A stretch of DNA of 64,000 nucleotides. Origin: Spirochaetota bacterium. GTDB lineage: Bacteria > Spirochaetota > UBA6919 > CBDBPB01. Both the position numbers and the translations under genes were made by a program. Below, piece by piece: positions 1-9,239 of this stretch. Position 1 is the stretch's first letter, and each line of letters starts with the position of its first letter. The DNA lies in the NCBI GenBank assembly GCA_965208615.1, contig CBDBPB010000001.1:93725-157724 (forward strand), written 5' to 3'. The notes beneath the pieces are model-generated. The model did not search any database. It had not been told where the DNA came from and saw only the letters and a program-made list of their open reading frames with translations.

Positions 1-172
1 GGCAGTAATTTGCGCCTGTGAGGACTTATCTGTTGTTGGCTCCTTAAAATAAAATATTATAATTAGCCTTTGAGTTAAACGGCGGATCAAGATAAATTAA
101 ATCTATAGACTCATCCTTAATATAATTCCTTAATATATTTAAGTTATCACCATAGTATAAAGCGTTATCCAT
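1..172 (-). pseudogene. 5' end of a DNA methyltransferase gene (N6-adenine/N4-cytosine type, DPPF motif) with an apparent +1 frameshift; runs off the left edge
   Basis: Reverse-strand ATG at 172-170 reads MDNALYYGDNLNILRNYIKDESIDLIYLDPPFNSKANYNILF, then TAA at 46-44. Dropping one base restores KEPTTDKSSQAQITA, the usual continuation after the DPPF/Y motif in this family. The shift lies at the A4 run 46-49. Absent from the ORF track (short and at the edge). Confidence 0.55.
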
Positions 173-211
173 AAATCCTCTTTAAACTTTGATAAACAAG
201 CTTAATAAACC

Positions 212-1006
212 CTATACCTTATCCCTAAAGTGCTCCATAACCTTATTTGTAATAATCCTAACTAAATCATCATGAGAAGTATTATCACTCACTATATCAT
301 TGTTATCAGCTCTATTACAGTTATCATGCAAACCACAACTATCATCACATCTAACAACATCGCCCTCTAAGCCGTAGGTAGTCTTTCTGAGTTCCATAAG
401 CTTATCAACCTGCGATGGGCTTAATGTCTGCACCCCACCTAACATTTTAGCGTATATCATGATCTGAGCAGTATGCTCTATCTTCTCAAGCTTGTTATAT
501 GCCGAATATATAGTATCACCAACAGTAAGACTACCATGCCTATCAAGCATAACAGCGTCGGACTGCTTTATATATTCACAAATGGAGTTAACAACCTCAT
601 CAGTAGACGGTGTAGCATAAGGTGCAGTAGGTATAGCTCCCAAAGATACAACTACCTCTGGCATAACACATTTTGCCATACTAACCCCTGCTATAGTAAA
701 TGCCGTTGCCTTTGGAGGATGAGCATGTACTACAGATAAAACATCAGGCCTAACCTTATATACATAAGTATGCATCTTAAGCTCAGTGGATGGCTTATTA
801 CGTCCAGCTAGTTTATTTCCGTTAATATCAACAATAACTAAGTCAGACTCCTTAAGAAAACCCTTTGACATACCACTAGGAGTAGCTATAATCCGATTTC
901 CAAGCCTAATGGATAGATTACCATCAGTGGCTACTATTAACTCTTTATCATATAACCACCTTCCAACCTCTACAATCTGTCTTTTTGCCTTACTCTCGTT
1001 AATCAT
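212..1006 (-). CDS. Class II aldolase/adducin-family protein (FucA / MtnB / DHAP-shunt Ald2-like) with a 48-aa C-terminal extension
   Basis: The GNLSIR and HAHP motifs sit at class II aldolase spacing. Start moved to the internal ATG at 1006 (MINESKAK), which follows GGGGTG and gives the usual ~29 aa before GNLS. The track ORF extends to 1063. Confidence 0.8.
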   Translation of the reverse strand: MINESKAKRQIVEVGRWLYDKELIVATDGNLSIRLGNRIIATPSGMSKGFLKESDLVIVDINGNKLAGRNKPSTELKMHTYVYKVRPDVLSVVHAHPPKATAFTIAGVSMAKCVMPEVVVSLGAIPTAPYATPSTDEVVNSICEYIKQSDAVMLDRHGSLTVGDTIYSAYNKLEKIEHTAQIMIYAKMLGGVQTLSPSQVDKLMELRKTTYGLEGDVVRCDDSCGLHDNCNRADNNDIVSDNTSHDDLVRIITNKVMEHFRDKV

Positions 1007-1214
1007 TATCACCCCATTAACAAAGTCATAAATAAAAAATAATTCATTTATAACAAGTTCCAAAGAAAAAATTATTTTATATTGAGTATATTGTGGGATG
1101 TTATGATGTTAGTAGTATAACAGGATGGTAGAATATTTAATTATCTTATATACAAAAAAATATAACAGCTTATTACAGCACAAAGAAAAAAACTACTAAC
1201 TAAATATCATTATA

Positions 1215-3854
1215 TCAATCTATATCAGAACCCTTTTTAGCCCCCTTAGACCTTAAGAGCTTAATAGTAGCTGTATGCCCCTCTTCAATAGCCATGTCTA
1301 ATGGAGTCTCACCATTCTTATTTTTAATATTAACATTAGCCCCCTTAGATATTAATAATCTAACTGTTTTTGTATGGCCACTAGAAGCAGCCCAATGTAA
1401 AGGAGTAAAGCCGTATTTATCTTGTACATTAACATTAGCACCCTTAGATATTAATAACTTAACAACCTTTGTACGCCCCTTTTCAATAGCACTATGTAAA
1501 GGAGTATAGCCGTATTTATTTACTACATTAACATTAGCACCCTTAGATATTAATAACTTAACAACCTTTGTACGCCCCTTTTCAATAGCACTATGTAAAG
1601 GAGTATAGCCGTATTTATCTTTTACATTAACATTAGCACCCTTGGATATTAATAACTTAACAATCTTTGTACGCCCCTTTTCAATAGCCCAACTTAAAGG
1701 AGTCCAGCCATATTTACTTACTCCATTAACATTAGCCCCCTTAGATATTAATAACTTAACAACCTTTGTACGCCCCCTTTCAATAGCCCTATGTAAAGGA
1801 GTATAGCCATTTTTACTTGCTACATTAACATTAGCACCCTTGGATATTAATAATCTAACTGTTTTTGTATGGCCACTATCAGCAGCCCAATGTAAAGGAG
1901 TATAGCCATCTTTACCTGCTAAATTAACCTTAGCACCCTTAGATATTAACAACTTAACAACCTTTGTACGCCCTTCTATAGCAGCCCTATGTAAAGGAGT
2001 AAAGCCAAATATACTTACTACATTAACCTTAGCACCCTTAGATATTAATAATCTAACTGTTTTTGTATGGCCACTATCAGCAGCCCTATGTAAAGGAGTA
2101 AAGCCGTATTTATCTTGTACATTAACATTAGCACCCTTAGATATTAATAATCTAACTGTTTTTGTATGCCCCCTATCAGCAGCCTCATGTAAAGGAGTAA
2201 AGCCGTATTTATTTACTACATTAACCTTAGCACCCTTAGATATTAATAGTCTAACTGTTTTTGTATGCCCCTTTTCAGCAGCCCTATGTAAAGGAGTATA
2301 GCCATCTTTACCTGCTAAATTAACCTTAGCACCATTAGATATTAACAACTTAACAACCTTTGTACGCCCTTTTAGAGCAGCCCTATGTAAAGGAGTAAAG
2401 CCAAATATACTTACTAGATTAACCTTAGCACCCTTAGATATTAATAATCTAGCTGTTTTTGTATGTCCCTTTTCAGCAGCCCTATGTAAAGGAGTATAGC
2501 CAAATATACTTACTACATTAACCTTAGCACCCTTAGATATTAATAATCTAACTGTTTTTGTATGCCCCCTATCAGCAGCCACTTGTAGAGGAGCAACCCC
2601 ATTTTCACCTTCTGCATTAACCTTAGCACCACTAGATATTAATAATCTAACTATTTTTGTATGCCCCCTATCAGCAGCCACTTGTAGAGGAGAAACCCTA
2701 TTTTTACCTTCTGCATTAACCTTAGCACCACTAGATATTAATAATCTAACTATTTTTGTATGCCCCCTATAAGCAGCCCTATGTAAAGGAGTAAAGCCAA
2801 ATGTACTTACTGCGTTAACATTAGCACCCTTAGATATTAATAATCTAACTGTTTTTGTATGCCCCCTATCAGCAGCCCTATGTAAAGGAGTAACGTCATA
2901 TTTATTTACTCCATTAATCTTAGCCCCCTTAGATATTAATAACTTAATAGAATCAGTATGTCTATTTTGAGTAGCAAGATGTAAAGGAGTCTTGTCATAT
3001 TTATTTACTCCACTAATCTTAGCCCCCTTAGATATTAATAACTTAATAATCTCAGTATGCCCCCTATAAGCAGCCCTATGTAAAGGAGTATTGCCTTTTT
3101 TATCTGCTAAATTAACATTAGCCCCCTTAGATATTAATAACTTAACAATCTCAGCACGCCCTCTAGAAACAGCCTCACGTAAAGGAGTATAGCCTTTTTT
3201 ATCTGCTAAATTAACATTAGCCCCCTTAGATATTAATAACTTAACAACCTTTGTACGCCCCTTTTCAATAGCACTATGTAAAGGAGTATTGCCATTTTTA
3301 CTTGCTACATTAACATTAGCCCCCTTAGATATTAATAGTCTAACTGTTTTTGTATGCCCCCTATCAGCAGCCCAATGTAAAGGAGTAAAGCCAAACATAC
3401 TTACTAAATTAGTCTTAGCACCCTTAGATATTAATAATCTAACTATTTTTGTATGGCCACTAGAAGCAGCCCAATGTAAAGGAGTAACGCCAAACATACC
3501 TACTACATTAACATTAGCACCCTTAGATATTAATAACTTAACTGTTTTTGTATGGCCATTTTTAGAAGCATAATGTAAAGGAGTATAGCTTATTCCAACT
3601 CTTACTTCGTTAACCTTAGCACCCTTAGATATTAATAATCTAACTATTTTTGTATGGCCACTAGAAGCAGCCTCATGTAAAGGAGTATTGCCATAATATA
3701 TACTTAGTCCATTAGCCTTAGCACCTTTTGCTATTAAGTCCTTTACTCTATTATAGTCACCAGCCTTGACAGCTTCACGAAGGTCATTATTAACATTCGC
3801 TAATAAAACCCCCTGTAAAACTAATAAACATATTACTATAAATAGCTTTTTCAT
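1215..3854 (-). CDS. Secreted ankyrin-repeat protein, about 26 tandem ANK units
   Basis: N-terminal signal peptide MKKLFIVICLLVLQGVLLA, followed by 33-aa units with consensus G.TPLH.AA..GHTK.V.LLISKGA.VN across the whole 879 aa. Confidence 0.9.
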   Translation of the reverse strand: MKKLFIVICLLVLQGVLLANVNNDLREAVKAGDYNRVKDLIAKGAKANGLSIYYGNTPLHEAASSGHTKIVRLLISKGAKVNEVRVGISYTPLHYASKNGHTKTVKLLISKGANVNVVGMFGVTPLHWAASSGHTKIVRLLISKGAKTNLVSMFGFTPLHWAADRGHTKTVRLLISKGANVNVASKNGNTPLHSAIEKGRTKVVKLLISKGANVNLADKKGYTPLREAVSRGRAEIVKLLISKGANVNLADKKGNTPLHRAAYRGHTEIIKLLISKGAKISGVNKYDKTPLHLATQNRHTDSIKLLISKGAKINGVNKYDVTPLHRAADRGHTKTVRLLISKGANVNAVSTFGFTPLHRAAYRGHTKIVRLLISSGAKVNAEGKNRVSPLQVAADRGHTKIVRLLISSGAKVNAEGENGVAPLQVAADRGHTKTVRLLISKGAKVNVVSIFGYTPLHRAAEKGHTKTARLLISKGAKVNLVSIFGFTPLHRAALKGRTKVVKLLISNGAKVNLAGKDGYTPLHRAAEKGHTKTVRLLISKGAKVNVVNKYGFTPLHEAADRGHTKTVRLLISKGANVNVQDKYGFTPLHRAADSGHTKTVRLLISKGAKVNVVSIFGFTPLHRAAIEGRTKVVKLLISKGAKVNLAGKDGYTPLHWAADSGHTKTVRLLISKGANVNVASKNGYTPLHRAIERGRTKVVKLLISKGANVNGVSKYGWTPLSWAIEKGRTKIVKLLISKGANVNVKDKYGYTPLHSAIEKGRTKVVKLLISKGANVNVVNKYGYTPLHSAIEKGRTKVVKLLISKGANVNVQDKYGFTPLHWAASSGHTKTVRLLISKGANVNIKNKNGETPLDMAIEEGHTATIKLLRSKGAKKGSDID
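1240..3780 (-). repeat. 99-bp tandem coding repeats (ANK units), some adjacent copies identical over more than 90 bp
   Basis: For example, the string starting acattaacattagcacccttagatattaataacttaacaacctttgtacgcccc at 1426 recurs at 1525 (offset 99) and runs through gtatttat. Confidence 0.9.
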
Positions 3855-3964
3855 GATAGCTCCTTAACTGTAATAATTATAAATATTGTACTACTATTCT
3901 TGTGTATGAAAAGATATATACATTAAATAGAAAAGACAAACTTATGAAAGATAGGGCAAAATAA

Positions 3965-4579
3965 CTACTTTTGTTTGCTAGAAAAAACCTGTACACAATA
4001 AAACTGAAAGGGATAATATGTACGTGCCTTAGCCCCAATACCTAAATAACTATATCCATATCCTAACATATTAGCCCTATGACCTTTAGAATTTCCCCAA
4101 AGATTAATCACATGTTTAGCAAGACTAATATATGTATGAGGCTTATTACGACTAGGAGGATTGCCATATATCTGTAGAATGTTCTCACCAGCAGAACCAA
4201 AACCACTATGACCAGAAATAATTAATCTATCTTTAATGGTTTTATGTTTTTTAACCTTACTTTTATGACTAACAAAGTTTAACCTTAACATATCATCAGC
4301 GTGAATTTGCGATGCCTTATCCAAATAAGAAGAATATTTTAGAGCAACTTGGTTATGCTTTAACCTAAAAACATTTGTCTCATGAAAAATTGCAGCACGT
4401 AAAAGCTTATAATCAACATTTTTGAAGTCTATTATTTTGTTGGTATTATAACTAAAAAACTCTTTACAACTATATTCTCCACAATCACTAGCGGCACTCC
4501 AAATATCATTATCAATATTAGCCTTATCACCACTGCAAAAGCTAAACAACGATAAAACCATTATTAAATACCATATCAT
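3965..4579 (-). CDS. Secreted CAP/SCP/PR-1-like (YkwD-type) domain protein
   Basis: Hydrophobic N-terminus. The C-terminal half carries the CAP-type motifs HADDM...SH and GHRANML...YSYLGIG. Confidence 0.7.
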   Translation of the reverse strand: MIWYLIMVLSLFSFCSGDKANIDNDIWSAASDCGEYSCKEFFSYNTNKIIDFKNVDYKLLRAAIFHETNVFRLKHNQVALKYSSYLDKASQIHADDMLRLNFVSHKSKVKKHKTIKDRLIISGHSGFGSAGENILQIYGNPPSRNKPHTYISLAKHVINLWGNSKGHRANMLGYGYSYLGIGAKARTYYPFQFYCVQVFSSKQK

Positions 4580-4701
4580 ATTAACAACTCCTTGAGCTAA
4601 ATAACTATATTTATATAAATAATTAAAAATACGAATAAAAAAATAACATTCACCCTAAAGCTAATTTAATCGATAAAGTTATAAATAACTAGGACATAAT
4701 A

Positions 4702-6675
4702 GTGAATAACGAAATAGACAAACTAAGAAATATAATCCACCATCATAACAAAAAGTACTATGTGGATGCACAACCAGAAATATCCGACTTCGAATACGAT
4801 ACACTAATAAAAAAACTAATCGACCTTGAACAACAACATCCAGAGGCTTATGATCCAAACTCTCCATCTCAAAGAATATATGGTGATATATCAAAAGGAT
4901 TTAACACTGTAGAACATACCATAGCTATGAAAAGTCTGGGTAATACCTACTCAGAAAAGGAACTTATAGACTTCAATAACCGAATAGTGAAAAATATAAA
5001 TACCAATCCCCAATACGTTGTTGAACTAAAAATAGATGGCGTATCCATATCCATTAGATATAAAAACGGTAAATATAGTCAGGCTATAACAAGGGGTGAT
5101 GGACAATATGGCGATGACGTTAGCAATAACATCCGTACTATTAAGTCAATACCCCTTATCCTAAATAAGCCAGACAACCTAGAAGTAAGAGGAGAGGTAT
5201 TCTTAGCTAAGTCAATATTTAAAACGCTAAACAAAGAACGTATGAATAATAACCTAAAACCCTTTGCTAATCCAAGAAATACTAGTGCAGGCTCTATAAA
5301 GCTCCTTGACCCAAAAGAAGTTAGTAAACGTCAGTTAGACGCCTTCTTTTATGGTATAGCTAACGCTGACAATAAAAATATACCCCAAACTCACTTCGAT
5401 AGACTAAACTATATAAAAACCCTAGGGCTTAAAGTTAATGGTCATATAGCTTTGTTAGACTCCATCCATGATGTGATAGAATATATAAACACTTGGATAG
5501 ATAAAAGACACGATCTAGACTACGATACAGACGGCATGGTTATTAAGGTTAACTCTATTAGTCAGCAAAATATACTGGGATATACCGCTAAAGAACCACG
5601 ATGGGCTATATCTTATAAGTTCCCTGCTAAACAGATGTCCAGCATAATAGAGGATATTAGCTTATCAGTAGGTAGATTGGGGATTATAACTCCCATAGCC
5701 ATATTAAACCCTATTTTACTATCAGGAACTAAAGTTAGTAGGGCATCCTTACACAACTTCGACGAAATCACTAGAAAAGATATTAGAATAGGCGATACCG
5801 TATTCATAGAAAAGGGCGGTGAGATAATACCACAAGTGATAAGCGTTGTTGAGTCTAAAAGAAAGACCACTAGTACAACCTTTCCCCCCCCTATAAGCTG
5901 TCCATGTTGTAAAACCAACCTTGTTAAAGAAGACGTATTTTTAATATGCCCTAATATTAACTGCTCAGAACAACTAAAAAGACGAATACAATACTTCGCC
6001 TCTAAAGACGCTATGGATATTGATGGTCTAGGTGAAAACATTATAGAACTCTTTATAAACAAAGAACTGATAAAAGATTACGGCGATCTATTCTACCTCA
6101 CAAAAGATATGATAATCAATATGGAGGGCTTTAAGGATAAGTCCGTTGATAACCTTATTAGCTCTATAAATAATAGTAAGAGCCGCCCTCTTTATAGGCT
6201 CATAAAGGCTTTAGGGATTAAACATATTGGTTCTAGGGCATCAACAATCCTGGCTAACAACTTTAACTCCATAGCTGAGCTTAAACAAGCTAATACAAAC
6301 AGCCTAACCAATATAGACGATATTGGCCCCACTATGGCTAATAGCATAATCGACTTCTTTAAACAAGCCTATAACCTTAATATAATATTAAAGTTAGAGA
6401 AGGCAGGAGTCAGTATGAAAGAGAGTATGACCGCCATTAACAAAGATAACTTTTTCTTTAATAAAACCTTTGTATTAACCGGTAGTCTAACTAAGCTTAG
6501 TAGAAAAGAAGCTCAAGACAAAATAATAAGTTATGGGGGTAATATTAGCTCGTCCATAAGTAAAAAAACTCATTGCCTTATAGCAGGTACTAATCCAGGA
6601 TCAAAGCTGGATAAGGCTAATAAATTAAATATTACTATCCTAAGTGAACAAGAGTTTATAGAACAACTTAAATAG
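4702..6675 (+). CDS. ligA: NAD-dependent DNA ligase
   Basis: Adenylation motif ELKIDGVS, four-Cys zinc finger (CPCC...CPNINC), HhH region and C-terminal BRCT (FVLTGSL). GTG start at 4702. Confidence 0.95.
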   Translation: MNNEIDKLRNIIHHHNKKYYVDAQPEISDFEYDTLIKKLIDLEQQHPEAYDPNSPSQRIYGDISKGFNTVEHTIAMKSLGNTYSEKELIDFNNRIVKNINTNPQYVVELKIDGVSISIRYKNGKYSQAITRGDGQYGDDVSNNIRTIKSIPLILNKPDNLEVRGEVFLAKSIFKTLNKERMNNNLKPFANPRNTSAGSIKLLDPKEVSKRQLDAFFYGIANADNKNIPQTHFDRLNYIKTLGLKVNGHIALLDSIHDVIEYINTWIDKRHDLDYDTDGMVIKVNSISQQNILGYTAKEPRWAISYKFPAKQMSSIIEDISLSVGRLGIITPIAILNPILLSGTKVSRASLHNFDEITRKDIRIGDTVFIEKGGEIIPQVISVVESKRKTTSTTFPPPISCPCCKTNLVKEDVFLICPNINCSEQLKRRIQYFASKDAMDIDGLGENIIELFINKELIKDYGDLFYLTKDMIINMEGFKDKSVDNLISSINNSKSRPLYRLIKALGIKHIGSRASTILANNFNSIAELKQANTNSLTNIDDIGPTMANSIIDFFKQAYNLNIILKLEKAGVSMKESMTAINKDNFFFNKTFVLTGSLTKLSRKEAQDKIISYGGNISSSISKKTHCLIAGTNPGSKLDKANKLNITILSEQEFIEQLK

Positions 6676-6741
6676 AGCAAAGTTTTATTACTTTATCCGA
6701 AAGCCTATTTGACGATATTTTAACTAAAACGAAAAATCATT

Positions 6742-7497
6742 ATGCCAGAGATCATTATGAAAAAAGTTGTTTATTCCGTAATACTTATCTTTTTAAGTCA
6801 GCTATGTTTTAGCAAAAATATAGATAATTATTATACCATCCAGATAGATAATAACACTAATCTATACAAAGTAGCCAGAAAACACCTTGCAACCTTTGAC
6901 TATTGGAGAGAACTACTCCTTTTTAATAAGCTTAAGTCTCCAAAAAAGATTATACCTGGTATGACCTTGAAAATACCCTATTCAATAGCTAGAACAAGAA
7001 TAGCAAAGCTAAAAAGCCTATATGGCAAAACTACTCACAACTTATACAACATAACTAATAACTACAAAATTATAAAGGATAATAGCTCCATCAACACCTC
7101 AGACAATACTAAAGCAATAATCACCCTTGACAGCGGATCAACTATAACCCTTAATGACAATATGGATATATATCTTGCCGATATGTATAGAACTAAAAAT
7201 CTATCCAAAACCATAGTCAGACTAAACAATGGAGGAGTTAATATAACTATCCCGTATCCGAATACAGAACATATTATTATTTTATCTTCAGGATCAAAAA
7301 TAGAACTTAAACCCGGTGTATACTTTGCTAAAACCTATCCCAATGGTACAGTTAAACTAGCCGTATACTATGGCGAACTAACTATTAATAAACAAAATAA
7401 TAACTTTACCATAAAACAAGGCTATGGTGTTGTTATACCTAAAGACTTATACCCTCAAAAACCTTTTGAACTTCCTAAACAAATTAAATTAAACTAA
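6742..7497 (+). CDS. Secreted LysM-domain protein with a FecR-like C-terminal region
   Basis: Signal peptide, then a LysM-like segment YYTIQIDNNTNLYKVARKH...IIPGMTLKIP. The start could instead be the ATG at 6757 (MKKVVYS). Confidence 0.6.
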   Translation: MPEIIMKKVVYSVILIFLSQLCFSKNIDNYYTIQIDNNTNLYKVARKHLATFDYWRELLLFNKLKSPKKIIPGMTLKIPYSIARTRIAKLKSLYGKTTHNLYNITNNYKIIKDNSSINTSDNTKAIITLDSGSTITLNDNMDIYLADMYRTKNLSKTIVRLNNGGVNITIPYPNTEHIIILSSGSKIELKPGVYFAKTYPNGTVKLAVYYGELTINKQNNNFTIKQGYGVVIPKDLYPQKPFELPKQIKLN

Positions 7498-7610
7498 CTA
7501 TAGCTAAACAGCATAGTAGCTTATCCAGTTTTTTTATTTTATCAAAAAGTTTTGATTTTCTATAATATTATATATATATTTACAGTTAAAATTATGCGGG
7601 GAGGGCTTAC

Positions 7611-9161
7611 ATGCTAAAAAATAAGATCCGCTTAAAGCTATTAACAGCATTACTACTTAGTTTATCACTATTTGGCTGTGATGATAATGCGGTTAATGAA
7701 GCTTTAGGTAAAAATAATATACAGTTTAGCTCTTTAGCTACTGATACAAATAATTATATACCAGGGGGAGTGCATGTAAGAGCTAACGCAAAGGCTGGAG
7801 GTGATGGATCAACTTGGCAAAAAGCTTTTAATGACCTTCAAAAGGCTATTGATAAAGCTAAAAAAGATGGGGGCATAGTATATGTTGCTCAAGGGACTTA
7901 TAAGCCTAATAGCCATCCCAACGGCGGTAGCGGGGAACGTAATAAACATTTTGCCTTACGAAATAATGTAGTAGTCATTGGGGGATATACCACTAACCGC
8001 GATAAACGGGATAAGGATCCTACTAAGACTATTTTAACTGGTGATCTTGGTAATAAAAGGGTACTTAATGTTTTTTATAATAAGGGTTTAAATAAAACTT
8101 CAAAGTTGAAGTACTTTACTATTACTAAGGGCAAGGCTGATGGTGCTAATAAGGACAGTGGAGGGGCTATGTATAATGATAATAGCTCTCCAAGTTTGAT
8201 AAGCATTAACTTTGAGGATAATGAGGCTAAAAATAGTGGTGGAGCTATTTATAACAGTAATAGCACTTCAAATTTAATAAGCGTTAACTTTAGGAATAAT
8301 AATTCTAATAACGGTGGGGGAATGTATAATGCTAATAAAAGCTCTCCAAAGATAGTCAATTGTAGATTTAATAATAATACGGCTACAAAGAGTGGAGGGG
8401 CTATGTATAATGATAATAGTTCTCCAAAGTTAATGGATAGTTATTTTACTGGTAATAAATCTATCGGTGATGACTGGGTAGATGGAGGAGGTGGCGTGTA
8501 TAATAAAGAGAGCTCTCCCACTTTAACAAATGTGAAGTTTACTAATAATACGGCTAATCGGCATGGAGGGGGAATGTATAATAATAATAGTTCTCCAAAA
8601 TTAATGGATAGTTATTTTACTGGTAATAAATCTAACGATAGCAACTGGCCAAGTGGAGGAGGGGGCATGTATAATTATTTTAGCTCTCCCATTTTAACAA
8701 ATGTGAAGTTTACTAATAATACGGCTAATCGGCATGGAGGGGGCATGTATAATCATTATAGCTCTTCCACTTTAACAAATGTGAAGTTTACTAGTAATAC
8801 GGCTACATATTACGGAGGGGGCATGTATAATTTTAAGAGCTCTCCCACTTTAACAAATGTGAAGTTTACTAGTAATACGACTACATATTACGGAGGGGGC
8901 ATGGTTAATGATAATAATAGCTCTCCCACTTTAGATAATACGGTGATTTTTAATAAAAACATTGCTGGTAGTGTTGAAGATAAAAAAGAAGGCAAAGGCG
9001 GGGCTATTTATAATCTTGTTGGTTCTAAATATTATCCCGACTCAAGAATAATAGGCACACCAACCTATGGAATAGGTAATGATGAAAATAAAAAGGTCGT
9101 CAAAGTGGATAATACATATAAACTTGTAAAGTCAAACCTTGAGTCAGGCCCAGTCCTATAA
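7611..9161 (+). CDS. Lipoprotein with Pmp-like (GGxxYN / FxxN) parallel beta-helix repeats
   Basis: Lipobox LSLFGC. At least 10 repeats of SSP.L.NV.F.NNTA...GGGMYN. RBS GGGGAGGG lies upstream. No autotransporter barrel. Confidence 0.75.
   Translation: MLKNKIRLKLLTALLLSLSLFGCDDNAVNEALGKNNIQFSSLATDTNNYIPGGVHVRANAKAGGDGSTWQKAFNDLQKAIDKAKKDGGIVYVAQGTYKPNSHPNGGSGERNKHFALRNNVVVIGGYTTNRDKRDKDPTKTILTGDLGNKRVLNVFYNKGLNKTSKLKYFTITKGKADGANKDSGGAMYNDNSSPSLISINFEDNEAKNSGGAIYNSNSTSNLISVNFRNNNSNNGGGMYNANKSSPKIVNCRFNNNTATKSGGAMYNDNSSPKLMDSYFTGNKSIGDDWVDGGGGVYNKESSPTLTNVKFTNNTANRHGGGMYNNNSSPKLMDSYFTGNKSNDSNWPSGGGGMYNYFSSPILTNVKFTNNTANRHGGGMYNHYSSSTLTNVKFTSNTATYYGGGMYNFKSSPTLTNVKFTSNTTTYYGGGMVNDNNSSPTLDNTVIFNKNIAGSVEDKKEGKGGAIYNLVGSKYYPDSRIIGTPTYGIGNDENKKVVKVDNTYKLVKSNLESGPVL
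8404..8930 (+). repeat. Internal tandem duplications in the Pmp-like gene (171-bp unit x2, then 78-bp units)
   Basis: aatagttctccaaa at 8415 and 8586 (offset 171). tttaacaaatgtgaagtttactagtaatacg at 8771 and 8849 (offset 78). Confidence 0.8.
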
Positions 9162-9190
9162 GTATATTTATTTAGTCAGTTAAAATTAAG

Positions 9191-9213
9191 GGGAGCATAG
9201 CTCCTCTTTTTTT
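9191..9213. terminator. Rho-independent terminator between convergent genes
   Basis: Stem GGAGC (9192-9196) pairs with GCTCC (9200-9204) across a 3-nt loop, followed by T7 (9207-9213). It lies 30 nt after the stop at 9161. Confidence 0.6.
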
Positions 9214-9239
9214 ATAGAACAATAAACAGCATATAATAT

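Noticed and set aside
473-1031. Plus-strand ORFs 473-739 and 786-1031
   Set aside because: They lie entirely inside, and antisense to, the well-supported class II aldolase gene. Their composition is low-complexity.
1294-3573. Plus-strand ORFs 1294-1509 and 3289-3573, and the strictly periodic 99-bp repeats, which could be mistaken for a CRISPR-like or satellite array
   Set aside because: They are antisense shadows of the ankyrin gene. The periodicity equals one 33-aa ANK unit, and there are no unique spacers between repeats.
5613-6062. 149-aa minus-strand ORF inside ligA, together with similar antisense or alternate-frame ORFs at 4679-4894, 14556-14915, 15497-15715, 16301-16639, 19660-20607, 27164-28129, 44253-44621, 52006-52302 and 61466-61669
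   Set aside because: All are embedded in strongly supported genes on the other strand or in another frame. Long spurious ORFs are expected in AT-rich DNA antisense to coding sequence.
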